Below are positions 61,867-64,000 of a DNA stretch of 64,000 nucleotides, in pieces (the first letter of the stretch is position 1; each line of letters opens with the position of its first letter). The position numbers were made by a program, and so were the translations under genes. Under the pieces are notes generated by a model that had not been told where the DNA came from, searched no databases, and worked only from the letters and a program-made list of their open reading frames with translations. The stretch is from Chlorokybus atmophyticus (Eukaryota > Plantae > Mesostigma and Chlorokybus algae): assembly GCA_009103225.1 (NCBI GenBank), contig RHPI01002699.1, forward strand, positions 100,578 through 164,577, given 5' to 3'.

Positions 61867-64000
61867 CGATACGAAAGACTGCCTAATTGTTTACGAGAAC
61901 CCAAAACTTTGGCCCCTTGGAAGGGTCATGAGTTTGATGATTTGGTTGACAGGTGCCTTGAGACAGCCCGCAACAAAGGCTTGAACAAGCGGGGTAAGGA
62001 AGCCGAAGAGGCTAACCCGCATCACAAGAAGGCCAAGGCCGATTTTGTGAGAAACAAGCCCACTTTCGCGAAAGCGAAACCCAAGAAGGGAGGGCCTCCG
62101 GCAAAGTCAGCCAGCAAGGCGGGGTATGTTAACCTCACCATTTTTGGAGCTGAGAGATTGGCGCTGATGAAGGAAGGGAAGTGCCTCCTCTGCAAGGAAA
62201 AGGGGCATTTGATTAAGAACTGCCCTCAGCGCGCCTCCGGCCCCAAATATGATTTATGGGTAGCTGAGCCAGTGAGTAGCACCATAGCTTTTACTTTTGT
62301 AAACGGACTTAAGTCAAAATGGTGTAATAAATTGCCTTTTGAATGTGAAGTCTGTTTGGGAAATGCAATGTACCAACTGCCAAGTGTGATAAATTTAGAA
62401 CCACATATGCAAAGTGTTCTAATTCATGGGGCTACTTTAAAGCTTAAAGATTCAATACAAGTGTATTGAGATCATAAAATAAAGAACCCCGGAGTAAAGG
62501 CAGCTGTGTTAACTCCGACATACAAAGGCAATTAGTTCCTTAAACCAAGCGGTTTCACCAAAGCTGGTACTCTAAGTAAAGAAGATTCCTTCCATGGGAA
62601 GTCGCTGGTTATATGGACAGATGAGCTCAGCTATTGAGTGAATGAAGAAATGGTAAGTACCTTGGAAGGTACAGCGCTAGGTCGCGAAATAGGAGTCTTA
62701 ATTAACTCAGGATCAACCAAGAATTTAATCGATCGCCGCTTAGTCCGAAGTATAAAGGTAGAAACCACTTCGGCCTTGTATGCGGACATAAGCAGTGTTA
62801 AATTACCGAATTTGGGCCAAGTTGATATGAAAGTCCAAATAGACGATTATACCGAAATGATGGTATGCCAAGTTATCAAGATGCAAATACAGAATTTGCA
62901 ATGGGTACTTCGTACCGATTGGTTATGTCAAACCAAATCGATAATGGATTTTGAGAAAAGAATATGTTGGGTGAAAAAGGGTGAACATATATTCACTCTA
63001 CCCTTTTCTCAGAAAATAAGAACTCCGAAGATGAGGATTCAAGATTACTTAGTAGCGCAATGTAACCTAGCGCGAGTTACTTAGTAATTGCAATGGTGAG
63101 TTATTAATAAGAATCATCCTCGGAATTAGAAGGGGAGGTACTGTTGCATGCTTTACCTCCGGTGGTACAAAAGAATAGAGACCTTTTCATAGACACACCT
63201 CCCACGTTACCGTCGGAACGAGAGATTTGGCATACCATCCCATTAAAGCATGAGACGCCTCCCCCGACGCGACCACTCTATAGGTTAAGTCCTATAGAAT
63301 TCGCGGAGATGGAAAAGAACCTGAGTGGGTTATTGAAAAAAAAATGAATAGAGCCAAGTATTTCACCGTATGCGGCACCTATTCTCTTTGTTCGAAAGCC
63401 ACATGGTCGAGGGCTACGCATGTGCGTAGACTGTCGTTCGTTAAACACGAAGATGATACAAAACAAGTACCCTATTCCCCGAATTGACAACATGTTTAAT
63501 CAATTGAGAAAGGCGAACGTTTTTAGTGCCCTTGATTTAACAGCGGGGTATCATCAGATTCGGATAACACCGGAGGATGTCCCCAAAACCGGTTTCAAAA
63601 CACCAAAAGGGCACTATCAGTATAAGGTTTTGCCTTTCGGCTTAACAAATGCCCCCGTTACATTCCAAGCGGTTATGAACCGCATACTAGCACCATTTAT
63701 TAACAAGTTTGTGCTAGTATATCTAGATGATATATTGGTCTATAGCGTTAATGAAGAAGAACATGAGTATCACCTACAGTTGGTGTTTGAAACCTTGAGA
63801 AGGCACAAATTGTTTGCGTGCCTTGAGAAGTGCCAATTCTTTAAGAAAGAGGTCCTGTACTTAGAACACATTATCGGCAATGGTTCAGTAAAAGCTGACC
63901 CCGCGAAAGTCGCGATGGTTCGTAATTGGTCAAGACCAAGCAACGCGACTCAGTTGAGGCGTTTCTTGGGACTTACGGGCTTCTTTCGTCGATATATGGT
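61867..64000 (+). mobile_element. Decayed Ty3/gypsy LTR retrotransposon gag-pol (5'-truncated, continues beyond the window)
   Basis: Gag CCHC knuckle CLLCKEKGHLIKNC (62182-62223), degenerate protease LINSGSTKNLI, and RT YRLSP..SPYAAPILFV..LRMCVD..LDLTAGYHQIRI..LPFGLTNAP..YLDD (63720-63731)..FLGL. There are stops (e.g. TGA 63345-63347) and frameshifts. Confidence 0.95.

Noticed and set aside
1-64000. Many 60-200 aa ORFs rich in HTHT/VCVC/ARAR in the ORF track
   Set aside because: They are translations of intronic (CA)n/(TG)n/(CG)n tracts or antisense frames of real exons. They have no domain motifs.

Overview
Intron-rich eukaryotic DNA with GT-AG introns full of (CA)n/(TG)n/CATG low-complexity tracts. 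The plant-type MTN and plastid-type MurF point to a green alga or early streptophyte (inference). From about 3.5 to 38.3 kb it is gene-dense and single-copy: P4-type phospholipid flippase, a small Pro-rich membrane protein, MND1, adenylate kinase, an unidentified membrane protein, MTA/SAH nucleosidase, PDS5, an LYR-like/PPR-like protein, and an intron-containing MurF with a transit-peptide-like N-terminus. From about 39.9 kb on it is a duplicated accessory region. It holds three tandem RMR-like PA-domain membrane genes that lack the RING domain and carry dileucine and PPxY tails, each followed by decayed copies of an unknown minus-strand gene. It also holds a 5.5 kb Mutator-like element with ~230 bp TIRs encoding a YqaJ/lambda-exonuclease and a MULE-SWIM transposase (both decayed), a second truncated copy of that element carrying a 691 bp miniature LTR element, a stray copy of MurF exon 2, and a decayed Ty3/gypsy gag-pol running off the window. 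Gene coordinates are spans from first to last codon of hand-spliced models. Family assignments come from motif recognition only; no database search was run. No tRNA, rRNA or CRISPR array was recognised.
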